In this document: one piece after another, positions 55,668 to 64,000 of the stretch | Position numbering within the stretch: the stretch's first letter is position 1 | Layout: the number at the start of each line of letters is the position of its first letter | Origin: a virus | IMG/VR virus record: IMGVR_UViG_3300017917_000733 | Location: 57,145 to 121,144 of that record | Direction: 5' to 3' (one strand) | DNA length: 64,000 nt | Notes under the pieces: generated by a model | What the model was told of the DNA's origin: nothing | Seen by the model: the letters and a program-made list of their open reading frames with translations, nothing else | Databases searched by the model: none | Position numbers and translations under genes: made by a program

Positions 55668-56666
55668 ATGGTAGAACTAAAGACGGCTGAACATGTAATC
55701 CATTACATGATATCCAATGTAAAACTTTCACGGTATGATGAAAAGTTTATTGCTAACCTACAGGGATTAAAACAGGTCACTACTAATCAAGTAGAATTAT
55801 TTTACAGAATCATTTTCAAGTATCGTAGACAATTAGCCAAGGATGAATTGTATGCGGAGAAACTGATAGAGTTACCTTGGACTATGCCTGTAGTTGAAAG
55901 TGTGGCACAATACACTGATGGATTTGTAATCATAGAAAATTCTAAGATACTTTTTAGATGTCCATACAACAGAAACTTTATCAAACAATTTAGAGATACT
56001 GAATTCAATCCTTTCAAATGGGATAAGGAAAAGAGGCAGTATGAGGCTGATTACGGAGAGAACACACTAAAGTTTTTAGTGAACTCTACAATCAACCACT
56101 TTAAGCACATACACTATTGTGATGAAACTAAAAAGTTATTAGGATCATTGCACCAGTACAAAGATGAACAATACTGGAACCCTACATTGACACTACTCAA
56201 CGACCGTTACTATTTGGTAGCATGTAATCAACATATATTAGATGCAATAGCCGATATTGAATTGAACAATGATGTAAAAACTCTAGCCAAACTAACACAG
56301 TATGGTGTGACCATTGACAATAAACTATACGATAACAACGATGAAAGAATGAGGTTCATAACCAATAACATTGTTGAAGTAGAGGTTAGTCAGGTCATAA
56401 ATATGGCATCATGGCTAAAAGAAATAGGTTGTGATTTAGCGTGTATCAGAGGACCTGCTAGTTTTATCAAAAAACAGTTCACGGATGAATTGGATAAACT
56501 CAATATCAAACACACTGACACAAATATTTTTATAGTAGACAGCGCAACGTTTGATACTGCCAAGTTCCCTGTATTTGTAAGTTTCAGAACTATTATAGGA
56601 CCGTTACCAAAAGGCATGTCAAAAATAATTAGACTAGTAAACTCTCAACCTGTGGATATTAAATGA
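55668..56666 (+). CDS. Hypothetical protein
   Basis: ATG 6 nt after TATAAT; ATGA overlap with uvsW. Confidence 0.75.
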   Translation: MVELKTAEHVIHYMISNVKLSRYDEKFIANLQGLKQVTTNQVELFYRIIFKYRRQLAKDELYAEKLIELPWTMPVVESVAQYTDGFVIIENSKILFRCPYNRNFIKQFRDTEFNPFKWDKEKRQYEADYGENTLKFLVNSTINHFKHIHYCDETKKLLGSLHQYKDEQYWNPTLTLLNDRYYLVACNQHILDAIADIELNNDVKTLAKLTQYGVTIDNKLYDNNDERMRFITNNIVEVEVSQVINMASWLKEIGCDLACIRGPASFIKKQFTDELDKLNIKHTDTNIFIVDSATFDTAKFPVFVSFRTIIGPLPKGMSKIIRLVNSQPVDIK

Positions 56667-58120
56667 AAGAATGTAAACTAATAATAAAAGATGAAGTCAA
56701 TGTAAAACTTGAGGGCTTAGAATTAGGCGACCGCAAGACATTGATGAAGATGTTTGAATATGAGATCCCGGGTGCTAGATATCTTCCTGCAGTTAGATTA
56801 GGACGTTGGAATGGTAAAGTAAGTTACTTTGCGTTAGGTGGTTCAACTTATATCAATCTATTGCCTGAGATTCTTCCATTATTGGATCAAGCAGGATATG
56901 ATATTCAGTTAGAAGACCTGCGTGAATATACAACTACATTCAATTTCAACAAAGTGTCCGAGGAGACATTTAAACACAAGCTATGGCCAGACAAGCATCC
57001 AATGGCAGGACAACCTGTTGTATTGCGTGACTATCAGATTGAAATCATTAACAAGTTTTTAGAGAACCCACAATGCATTCAGGAAGTCGCAACTGGGGCA
57101 GGTAAGACATTAACAACAGCGGCATTAAGTTTAAGCGTAGAAGAATATGGTAGAAGTATTGTTATCGTACCTAATAAGGACCTCGTTCGCCAAACAGAAG
57201 CCGACTACATTAACTTGGGTCTGGATGTTGGTGTATATTTTGGTGATCGTAAAGAAATCGGACGTGCCCACACTATTTGTACGTGGCAATCGTTGAATAA
57301 CATGATGAAGAAAACTAAAGCAGGTGAAGCTGAGATTTCTATTGGTGAATTCATTGAAGGTGTTGTTTGTGTCATGGTTGACGAAGTACACATGGCAAAG
57401 GCTGATGCATTAAAAACATTACTTACGGGTCCAATGGCACATATCCCAATTCGTTGGGGGCTGACTGGTACTATTCCTAAAGCAAAGTACGAAGCACAAT
57501 CATTGTTTGTCAGTTTAGGCCCCGTCATTGGTAAATTGTCTGCAAGTGAATTACAAGACAAGGGTGTGCTTGCACAATGTCATGTGAACATTGTTCAATT
57601 AAAAGACGATGTTGAATTCACAAACTACCAAAGTGAGTTGAAATACTTGACAGAGGACAAGAAACGATTAGATGCTATAGCTGAATTAGTATTAAAAATC
57701 AAAGACAGTGGCAATACACTGGTTCTTGTAGATAGAATCAGTGCAGGTAATGAACTTGTTGATAGACTACCAGGTTCAGTGTTTGTCAGCGGAAACACAA
57801 AACTAACTGAAAGAAAAGAAGAATATGATGAAGTTGCAACTAGTAGTGACAAAATTATCGTGGCTACTTATGGGGTTGCCGCTGTGGGTATTAATATACC
57901 TCGTATTTTCAACTTGGTTCTGTTGGAGCCTGGCAAGTCATTTGTTAGAGTTATCCAGAGCATTGGTAGGGGTATAAGGAAAGCCGAAGACAAGGACTTT
58001 GTCCAAATCTGGGACATTACAAGCAACTGCAAGTTCGCAAAACGACACCTGACCCAAAGAAAGTCTTACTATAAAGAGGCCAACTATCCTTTTGCAATTG
58101 AAAAGTTAGAGTATAAGTGA
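56663..58120 (+). CDS. uvsW: Superfamily 2 DNA helicase UvsW
   Basis: LRDYQ, ATGAGKT, VDEVH, GLTGT, QSIGRGIR. Confidence 0.9.
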   Translation: MKECKLIIKDEVNVKLEGLELGDRKTLMKMFEYEIPGARYLPAVRLGRWNGKVSYFALGGSTYINLLPEILPLLDQAGYDIQLEDLREYTTTFNFNKVSEETFKHKLWPDKHPMAGQPVVLRDYQIEIINKFLENPQCIQEVATGAGKTLTTAALSLSVEEYGRSIVIVPNKDLVRQTEADYINLGLDVGVYFGDRKEIGRAHTICTWQSLNNMMKKTKAGEAEISIGEFIEGVVCVMVDEVHMAKADALKTLLTGPMAHIPIRWGLTGTIPKAKYEAQSLFVSLGPVIGKLSASELQDKGVLAQCHVNIVQLKDDVEFTNYQSELKYLTEDKKRLDAIAELVLKIKDSGNTLVLVDRISAGNELVDRLPGSVFVSGNTKLTERKEEYDEVATSSDKIIVATYGVAAVGINIPRIFNLVLLEPGKSFVRVIQSIGRGIRKAEDKDFVQIWDITSNCKFAKRHLTQRKSYYKEANYPFAIEKLEYK

Positions 58121-58132
58121 TAAGATATAATT

Positions 58133-58633
58133 ATGAGAATATTAACATTAGACAATCAACCATATAACTTAGAAAACTTGCCTGAAGAAGTTGATGATTT
58201 ACGTTTTGCAATACTTGACAACAGCAATCCTAGCAATGTAGATTATCATTACATTCCATTGATTTTCTTAGAAAGTTTTTCTGCTCCGGCACTTGTACTA
58301 CGTATAGGTGATAGCGTAATCAAAATGCCTGTAGACTGGCAGATATTGATTGGTGAAAAGGAGCACGGTGATTTAGAAACATTGCCATTGACAAGTATCA
58401 ATGACAGAGGATTTAATGCGTTCGAATTTAATCCACTGACTAGTTTCAGACCTGACTTTCTACCCATTGAAATTATTGACATTTACCATGACGTAACTTG
58501 GTATGCACCTAGACTAAAGAACGGACAGTTTCTATGTGTTCCTATTGATGATGGTGACAGACCCAGATGTGTTTACTTTGTCAAAGAGATTAGTAGAAAC
58601 TGTGAGATTGTAGATTACAAACAGGCATTCTAA
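58133..58633 (+). CDS. Hypothetical protein
   Basis: 166-aa ORF in the replication cluster. Confidence 0.75.
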   Translation: MRILTLDNQPYNLENLPEEVDDLRFAILDNSNPSNVDYHYIPLIFLESFSAPALVLRIGDSVIKMPVDWQILIGEKEHGDLETLPLTSINDRGFNAFEFNPLTSFRPDFLPIEIIDIYHDVTWYAPRLKNGQFLCVPIDDGDRPRCVYFVKEISRNCEIVDYKQAF

Positions 58634-59226
58634 TGGCAACAAAAAAAGCACAAACACCTAAAGAAGAAAAATTTGAGAAACAAGACGTTGACTTGTTTGA
58701 AGTTCTTGCGGCGTTAGACAGAAAAGACTATAATTACTATGATTCACTAAGCGTAGAACAACAAAAGAAAATTGTGCCCTTCATGTTAACCAAATGGATG
58801 AGTGCAATCAAAGGTAGTGAGGGTGTGTCTAGGTATTATGTTATGAGTACCAATGAGTATGCAAACAAATATCTGTTCAATGAGTTTGTGTCTAAGCATC
58901 CTAAACTACAATGGTTGATGTTGTGTGCAAGTAGTCCAGGACTAGGCAAACAATTTCATCAGTGGATTCCAGAGATAGGTATTAAAGTTTCTAAACTAGA
59001 AGAATCAGCCAAAGTAAAAGATATCAGTGCCTATTATAAAAAGATTTATCCTAAAGCAAGTGACAATGACATTCAACAGGTAAGCGAAGCATTTGTTGAA
59101 GAACATAAACGCAAAAGACATTTGGCTCAGTTATTTCCTGACTTAAAACTTAGCGACATTGAAACATTAAATCAAGTTGTAACCGATGAACAAATTAAGC
59201 AATACGAAAGAGATAGAGGAAATTAA
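58633..59226 (+). CDS. Putative clamp-loader small subunit (T4 gp62-like)
   Basis: PFMLTKWMS...N...HPKLQW...FHQWI pattern reminiscent of gp62; replication context. Confidence 0.45.
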   Translation: MATKKAQTPKEEKFEKQDVDLFEVLAALDRKDYNYYDSLSVEQQKKIVPFMLTKWMSAIKGSEGVSRYYVMSTNEYANKYLFNEFVSKHPKLQWLMLCASSPGLGKQFHQWIPEIGIKVSKLEESAKVKDISAYYKKIYPKASDNDIQQVSEAFVEEHKRKRHLAQLFPDLKLSDIETLNQVVTDEQIKQYERDRGN

Positions 59227-59908
59227 CAAACCATTACGTTATGGTTGTGATTTTTGTGGTAGAGAATTCGCCAGAGAATCTACCATAGCTAAACATATCT
59301 GTGAATATAAGCAACGTTGGTTGAATAAAGACTTGCCTGGCAATCGTATTGGCTTTCAATCTTGGTTGCAATTCTACAAGAAAAACACAGCTACAAAGAA
59401 ACAAAAGACCTACGAAGAATTTATTCGTAGCGCATACTATATTGCTTTTGTAAAGTTTGGTAGTTACTGTGTAGATATCAATGCATTGAATATCAGTAGG
59501 TTCGTTGACTGGTTGTTAAAGAATCAGATTAAGATTGATAACTGGTGTAGCGATAACACATACAATAGATATTTGTGCGAGTATCTTAGAATTGAAGATC
59601 CACTAGATGCTATAGCCAGAAGCGTAGAAACAACGATAGATTGGGCAAGCAAAGACAACATCTTGCCCAAAGACTATTTGCGATATGGTAATGTCAATCG
59701 TATCTGTCAATTGATTATTTTGGGTAAAATAAGTCCATGGATGTTGTATCATAGTAACAGCGGGCATGAGTTTTTAGACAGACTTAATCCAGACCATGTT
59801 ACAATGTTGTTAGATTATATCAATCCAGAATTGTGGAAGATCAAGTTTAATAAAGAGCCAGAAAATGTCAAAACAGTTAAAGAAATCCTCAATGCTGGGG
59901 GGTATTGA
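59186..59908 (+). CDS. Hypothetical protein with N-terminal zinc finger
   Basis: CDFCGREF...KHIC. Confidence 0.7.
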   Translation: MNKLSNTKEIEEINKPLRYGCDFCGREFARESTIAKHICEYKQRWLNKDLPGNRIGFQSWLQFYKKNTATKKQKTYEEFIRSAYYIAFVKFGSYCVDINALNISRFVDWLLKNQIKIDNWCSDNTYNRYLCEYLRIEDPLDAIARSVETTIDWASKDNILPKDYLRYGNVNRICQLIILGKISPWMLYHSNSGHEFLDRLNPDHVTMLLDYINPELWKIKFNKEPENVKTVKEILNAGGY

Positions 59909-60119
59909 TGTTGAGCATGACTATCGTGTAAAAATACCCTTTGAGTTGTCTTATGACAATGGGTTCAATATTAATAATTGGAACGAATGTTGTGCTAGAG
60001 CCATTGAAATGTTTGGATTACCGGGCGACAAATATACATGTAAAATGACGAAAGAAAATATTGAGTTTTGGTTCCGAAACGAAAAAGATGCAATGTTGTT
60101 TGAGTTGACTTGCGGATGA
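59892..60119 (+). CDS. Small array protein (F-x-L-R-W family)
   Basis: Ends FWFRNEKDAMLFELTCG. Confidence 0.7.
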   Translation: MLGGIDVEHDYRVKIPFELSYDNGFNINNWNECCARAIEMFGLPGDKYTCKMTKENIEFWFRNEKDAMLFELTCG

Positions 60120-60397
60120 AATGTATTGAATTCAGTTTACCTTCTGGCTCGGCTGGAATGGCTGCAGGATTAACTAGACAAGTTATTATTAAGCAGCTTA
60201 GTCAGATAAAAGAACAGCATGGCATCGATTTTAAAACAAAGACAGACTATCACAGGCTTTATGTTTGGTTAAAAAATGATTCGGATTATACATTATTTTT
60301 CTTGGTGTGGGAAAGCACTTCAACGTGGAGGGTTCCGACACTTATTGAAAAGGATTATCCTGAGGATTGGGGCCCTGATCCGTGGACTGAAAGCTAA
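60116..60397 (+). CDS. Small array protein
   Basis: VWLKNDSDYTLFFLVWE. Confidence 0.65.
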   Translation: MKCIEFSLPSGSAGMAAGLTRQVIIKQLSQIKEQHGIDFKTKTDYHRLYVWLKNDSDYTLFFLVWESTSTWRVPTLIEKDYPEDWGPDPWTES

Positions 60398-60773
60398 ACG
60401 AAAACTTAAAAAGAGTGGGTACAAAAACTGGAAACAGTATAGGCGTAATCGCGACCCAAATGTCAACAAATATGCTAACTATTTGGATGACTTCTACAAA
60501 GGCTACCCATATGTTTATGCTTGCCCGAATCCAAGTCATTATGGGTACGAATTGTTGTATGATTATGGGCCCGGTGGGGTCAGATATGGGTATGATGACA
60601 TAGACGATTGGTGTGAAGAAAAGATAAAATGGAACTATCGGACCGATATTCATCGTGTTTGGATGAACCGTGATGGTAGTTATGAGTTGAATGATATTGG
60701 AGGAAGTGATATAATATTCTATGCATTCAAACATGAAAAAGACTTCACACATTTCTTACTAAGATGGGCATGA
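60276..60773 (+). CDS. Small array protein (start uncertain)
   Basis: Ends FYAFKHEKDFTHFLLRWA. Confidence 0.7.
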   Translation: MIRIIHYFSWCGKALQRGGFRHLLKRIILRIGALIRGLKAKRKLKKSGYKNWKQYRRNRDPNVNKYANYLDDFYKGYPYVYACPNPSHYGYELLYDYGPGGVRYGYDDIDDWCEEKIKWNYRTDIHRVWMNRDGSYELNDIGGSDIIFYAFKHEKDFTHFLLRWA

Positions 60774-61024
60774 TGGAACAAGGTAGCTTTACGTACAAGA
60801 CAGAACACTACTACGGTAGTAAGAAACATATCCATACCATTTCTTGGGTAGGTAAAGGTGAAGTTGACAGTGAAGAAATTCAAAAGTGGTGTATTGAGAA
60901 TTTCGGGCAACCCGGTTACCAAGAAGAACATGGCGAAGCTAGATGGTTAGACCATACAGATTTTGCATCAGTCATTCTAATTAAAGACGAAGATTTGACC
61001 TTCTTCTTATTGAAGTGGACATGA
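60770..61024 (+). CDS. Small array protein
   Basis: WCIENFG...KDEDLTFFLLKWT. Confidence 0.7.
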   Translation: MMEQGSFTYKTEHYYGSKKHIHTISWVGKGEVDSEEIQKWCIENFGQPGYQEEHGEARWLDHTDFASVILIKDEDLTFFLLKWT

Positions 61025-61236
61025 GAAATTTATACCCAGACTTAAATTATAAAGTCCTTGTAAAGTTACCAAGTACCGATACTGACCATATTGACGAATG
61101 GTGCTGGAAGCATTTTGGTGAACAGGGTGAGAAATGGGATTGTTGTTTTGCTGATGACAGTCCCTGGAATTATGACCAATATTATATGTTTGCTAATCAA
61201 AAAGATGCAATGCTTTTTACACTAAGATGGGTATAA
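61021..61236 (+). CDS. Small array protein
   Basis: WCWKHFG...FANQKDAMLFTLRWV. Confidence 0.7.
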   Translation: MRNLYPDLNYKVLVKLPSTDTDHIDEWCWKHFGEQGEKWDCCFADDSPWNYDQYYMFANQKDAMLFTLRWV

Positions 61237-61466
61237 GAAAAGTTCATATGGAGGGACCTACTTGGCACGATACTAAAGTAGGATGGCATGAATTGGAACT
61301 GAACCTGAACGGTAACCAAAAACGCTGTGACGAAGTAATGGAATGGCTGTATAATACGATAGACAAACCTGAAAGACATTGTAGATGGTTCTTAACTGTT
61401 TCAGGAATCAAAATTAAATTTAGATATGAGCGTGATTATATCGTAGCAATGTTGAGGTGGTCGTGA
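61227..61466 (+). CDS. Small array protein
   Basis: Ends IKFRYERDYIVAMLRWS. Confidence 0.7.
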   Translation: MGIRKVHMEGPTWHDTKVGWHELELNLNGNQKRCDEVMEWLYNTIDKPERHCRWFLTVSGIKIKFRYERDYIVAMLRWS

Positions 61467-61687
61467 ATACTATAAAGTTTAAACAACTATACAAAATTAA
61501 ATATGCCGAAACAGTAGACGGTGTACAAGCACAGTGGCAAATAAGTTATAAAGATTATATTGTCAATGCATGGCTCAAAGAAAACTGTAAGCACCCATAT
61601 TATCACAGTCCTGGTTATCTAACAGAAAAGTTTATTGAGTTTGAAGATGAAAAAGAAGCAATGATGTTTGCATTAAGGTGGGTATGA
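61463..61687 (+). CDS. Small array protein
   Basis: Ends IEFEDEKEAMMFALRWV. Confidence 0.7.
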   Translation: MNTIKFKQLYKIKYAETVDGVQAQWQISYKDYIVNAWLKENCKHPYYHSPGYLTEKFIEFEDEKEAMMFALRWV

Positions 61688-61887
61688 GAGTAATGAACAA
61701 AAGTATTTGGCCCTATCAATTTACAATGCCGCCATGTGACCTTGAAACTTTAAAGCAGAGAAAAGATTGGATGATGAAAAATTTATATCACGGTGGTTAT
61801 TACGAACCTAAGTGGTATATTAATGGAGACACTTATTGTTTCCAAGATGAAAAAGAAGCAATGTTGTTTACATTGAGGTGGTCTTGA
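61684..61887 (+). CDS. Small array protein
   Basis: Ends YCFQDEKEAMLFTLRWS. Confidence 0.7.
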   Translation: MRVMNKSIWPYQFTMPPCDLETLKQRKDWMMKNLYHGGYYEPKWYINGDTYCFQDEKEAMLFTLRWS

Positions 61888-62102
61888 TTGAAGTAAAGAT
61901 TTTGGATATGCTTCCCAATAAAGCGATAGAAATTGTCGATGACCTCAAGCTAAAGGGTTATATGATTGGGATAGATTTTGACTTTGCCTACCATCCTCCC
62001 AAGTTTGATGACTTTTCAGGTGATGCAGTCTATAATAGATATGTATTATTCACATTTTACAAAGAAGAATTAGCAACATGGTTCAGTCTGATGTATCATT
62101 AA
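61884..62102 (+). CDS. Small array protein
   Basis: Ends FTFYKEELATWFSLMYH. Confidence 0.65.
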   Translation: MIEVKILDMLPNKAIEIVDDLKLKGYMIGIDFDFAYHPPKFDDFSGDAVYNRYVLFTFYKEELATWFSLMYH

Positions 62103-62350
62103 TGGAAGAAATCATCAAGGAAAAACTTGAAGAACTGCAAAGAGATATAGATGCCGATATTATGCGAGTTTGTTTAGTTGATGGTGGCTGGACAGAAGTA
62201 TTGTTTTGTTATAATAACGACAAACATGCTGTTGATGTTTTAGAATGGATCGGGAATAACGTCAAAGAAAATCAATGGTCACGATTGAATGGTTACTTTG
62301 TTTTTCGCAATAAAAAAGATGCTGAGTGGTTCATGTTGCGATGGCTATAA
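62102..62350 (+). CDS. Small array protein
   Basis: Ends FVFRNKKDAEWFMLRWL. Confidence 0.7.
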   Translation: MEEIIKEKLEELQRDIDADIMRVCLVDGGWTEVLFCYNNDKHAVDVLEWIGNNVKENQWSRLNGYFVFRNKKDAEWFMLRWL

Positions 62351-62628
62351 AATTCAACATAAACAGAAGCATAGGATGGAATTTAGAATACGCAACTATG
62401 AAAGTAACACAGATTATCACTGACGGTGCAGATTGCTATCCATGGACTGAATACTTTGCTTTATTGCCACGCAAATCAGTTACAGGTAAACGCATCTTCT
62501 GGACTAAAGCATACAAGCGTAAAGTATGGGTAGTGTGGGGAGCAGGCTTTCATATGGAACCAGAAGTTCAATATGCTACTGCATTTGATTTATTAACCTA
62601 CGATGATAAAGATACCTTTACAACATGA
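62341..62628 (+). CDS. Hypothetical protein
   Basis: ORF within the array lacking the C-terminal motif. Confidence 0.6.
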   Translation: MAIKFNINRSIGWNLEYATMKVTQIITDGADCYPWTEYFALLPRKSVTGKRIFWTKAYKRKVWVVWGAGFHMEPEVQYATAFDLLTYDDKDTFTT

Positions 62629-62824
62629 CACACTCACGCCTGAGCAAGAACAATGGCTAATGAAGAATGTCGGCCCTAAAATGCATCACTTGCACAATAG
62701 CATAGGCGGACAAGGTTGGTTAGTCAAAAGAGAATCGCAACCAAATACTGATTATCTAAGATTGTATCTCACATTAGAAGATGATAGACTCGCTACATTT
62801 TTTACAATCAAATTTTCGTCATGA
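62603..62824 (+). CDS. Small array protein
   Basis: WLMKNVG...LEDDRLATFFTIKFSS. Confidence 0.65.
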   Translation: MIKIPLQHDTLTPEQEQWLMKNVGPKMHHLHNSIGGQGWLVKRESQPNTDYLRLYLTLEDDRLATFFTIKFSS

Positions 62825-63093
62825 CCAATATTTCACCTATACAAGATTATGATGACGATGGCCCAGAGATAGAGTTTCGCAAGAAACGCTGGGACTATTG
62901 GAAAGCATTGAAGCAAATTCGTAAAGAATATATGCAAGATACAGCTAGCGGTGAGTTTGATGCGTTTGAATTTGAAGATTACATTGAAGCAAACTATGGC
63001 ATCAAGATGAACATAGTAGATGGTAATATTACAGACGGATATAAAATCATGGACGAAAAGAAGTACCTAATATTTTTACTGAAATATCAATGA
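62821..63093 (+). CDS. Small array protein
   Basis: Ends IMDEKKYLIFLLKYQ. Confidence 0.65.
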   Translation: MTNISPIQDYDDDGPEIEFRKKRWDYWKALKQIRKEYMQDTASGEFDAFEFEDYIEANYGIKMNIVDGNITDGYKIMDEKKYLIFLLKYQ

Positions 63094-63431
63094 CAGACCA
63101 TCCATTCAAAATCACACAGTACGAAAAGTTTGTAACTGTATCATGGCCTACCTTTAAGGATGTAAGAGAAAAAGTTACTAAGCTAAAATTAGTTGAAGCG
63201 GCATTCAATCAATCTAACGCTGTTGAGGTTGGTTTCGTGTTAGAACTCAATAACAAAGAATATGATATCCTGTGGATCAATTCTTTTCTTAGTTTGACTG
63301 AAAATGATTATTTGGCTTACTTACAAGACATGTATACCATCAAAGGTGTTGCGTATAGAGATATGTCAGACGCAACAAAATTCTTTGATTGGCTAGAAGG
63401 AAAGTATATATGGCAATTACTCAAGGCTTAA
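63090..63431 (+). CDS. Hypothetical protein
   Basis: ATGA overlap. Confidence 0.65.
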   Translation: MTDHPFKITQYEKFVTVSWPTFKDVREKVTKLKLVEAAFNQSNAVEVGFVLELNNKEYDILWINSFLSLTENDYLAYLQDMYTIKGVAYRDMSDATKFFDWLEGKYIWQLLKA

Positions 63432-63694
63432 ATGGGACATTAGCACAAGATTTGTGTTATAATGACATAGAACCAATCTATTTTAGAATATTCAAAAAGA
63501 CCGTTCCAGTTGACAATACATGGGAGGATCGTGTATTCTATGAAATTAAGAAATTCCCAATGGGACGTAATGAAACAATAGACTGGTTACTCAAACACTA
63601 TAGCAATGAAGAATATGCAGGTACTTGGTGGACTACGGTAAACGGAATCTGCATGAATCAGAAAATTTACACACACTATAAATTGATAGAATAA
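63410..63694 (+). CDS. Hypothetical protein (distant array member?)
   Basis: WLLKHY...MNQKIYTHYKL. Confidence 0.6.
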   Translation: MAITQGLNGTLAQDLCYNDIEPIYFRIFKKTVPVDNTWEDRVFYEIKKFPMGRNETIDWLLKHYSNEEYAGTWWTTVNGICMNQKIYTHYKLIE

Positions 63695-63745
63695 CAAACG
63701 ACATAATGATTGACGAATGATAAATAAGTATATCAGGAGACAATT

Positions 63746-64000
63746 ATGAGTTACAGAAAAATTTGGGAAGCACACAACGGACCTATACCAAAAGACGCTG
63801 ATGGTCGTAGTTATGAAATACATCACATTGACGGGAACCACCAAAACAACGATATCAACAACTTGCGGTTAGCAACGATCCAAGAACATTATGATATACA
63901 TTTTTCGCAAGGTGACTATGGTGCGTGTTTAGCAATAATCATGCGTATGAGTGTTCCAGTTGATGTAGCCAAAAAATTACAGAGTAAACTTAGCAAAGCA
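63746..64000 (+). CDS. HNH homing endonuclease, truncated by window end
   Basis: MSYRKIWEAHNGPIP...YEIHHIDGNHQNNDINNL...EHYDIH; RBS AGGAG; late promoter TAAATA at 63721. Confidence 0.85.
   Translation, partial: MSYRKIWEAHNGPIPKDADGRSYEIHHIDGNHQNNDINNLRLATIQEHYDIHFSQGDYGACLAIIMRMSVPVDVAKKLQSKLSKA

Noticed and set aside
59892-63694. Diversity-generating retroelement behind the small-gene array
   Set aside because: No reverse transcriptase in the window; one repeat pair with three mismatches is too little to define a template/variable repeat, and both copies are coding
1-64000. Genome-wide TAG recoding (code 15)
   Set aside because: Structural, lysis and replication genes are full-length in the standard code with no internal TAG

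Overview
A 64-kb slice of a large T4-like (jumbo-type) myophage genome, gene-dense and almost entirely on the + strand. Core phage genes: terminase large subunit, gp32 SSB, UvsX, UvsY, UvsW, a gp62-like clamp-loader subunit, rIIA/rIIB, dihydrofolate reductase, thymidylate synthase, spanins, and baseplate and tail-fibre-like proteins. Accessory content: a radical SAM/carbamoyltransferase/glycosyltransferase modification cluster, AhpC/AhpD, an SbtA-family transporter, S-layer-like and outer-membrane proteins, four free-standing homing endonucleases, and a tandem array of small paralogues ending in F-x-L-R-W. The host is probably a proteobacterium, most likely beta (inference). Two RNA genes are present: a circularly permuted (two-piece) tmRNA with tag ANDEQFALAA, and a non-canonical amber-suppressor tRNA (anticodon CUA) with a tRNA-Pyl-like D-arm. 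The strongest candidate for an undescribed system is a gene about 170 nt downstream of that tRNA. It has a good RBS and reads ATG-GCA-TAG-ATT..., an in-frame amber at codon 3, while TAG is otherwise almost absent as either stop or sense codon. This suggests a local suppressor-tRNA-gated translation switch rather than genome-wide recoding. Regulatory patterns include repeated early promoter cassettes with a palindromic operator, leaderless late transcripts (TAAATA-N4-5-ATG), and RBS-sequestering hairpins built around late promoters. All assignments come from reading the sequence and recognising motifs; no searches were run.
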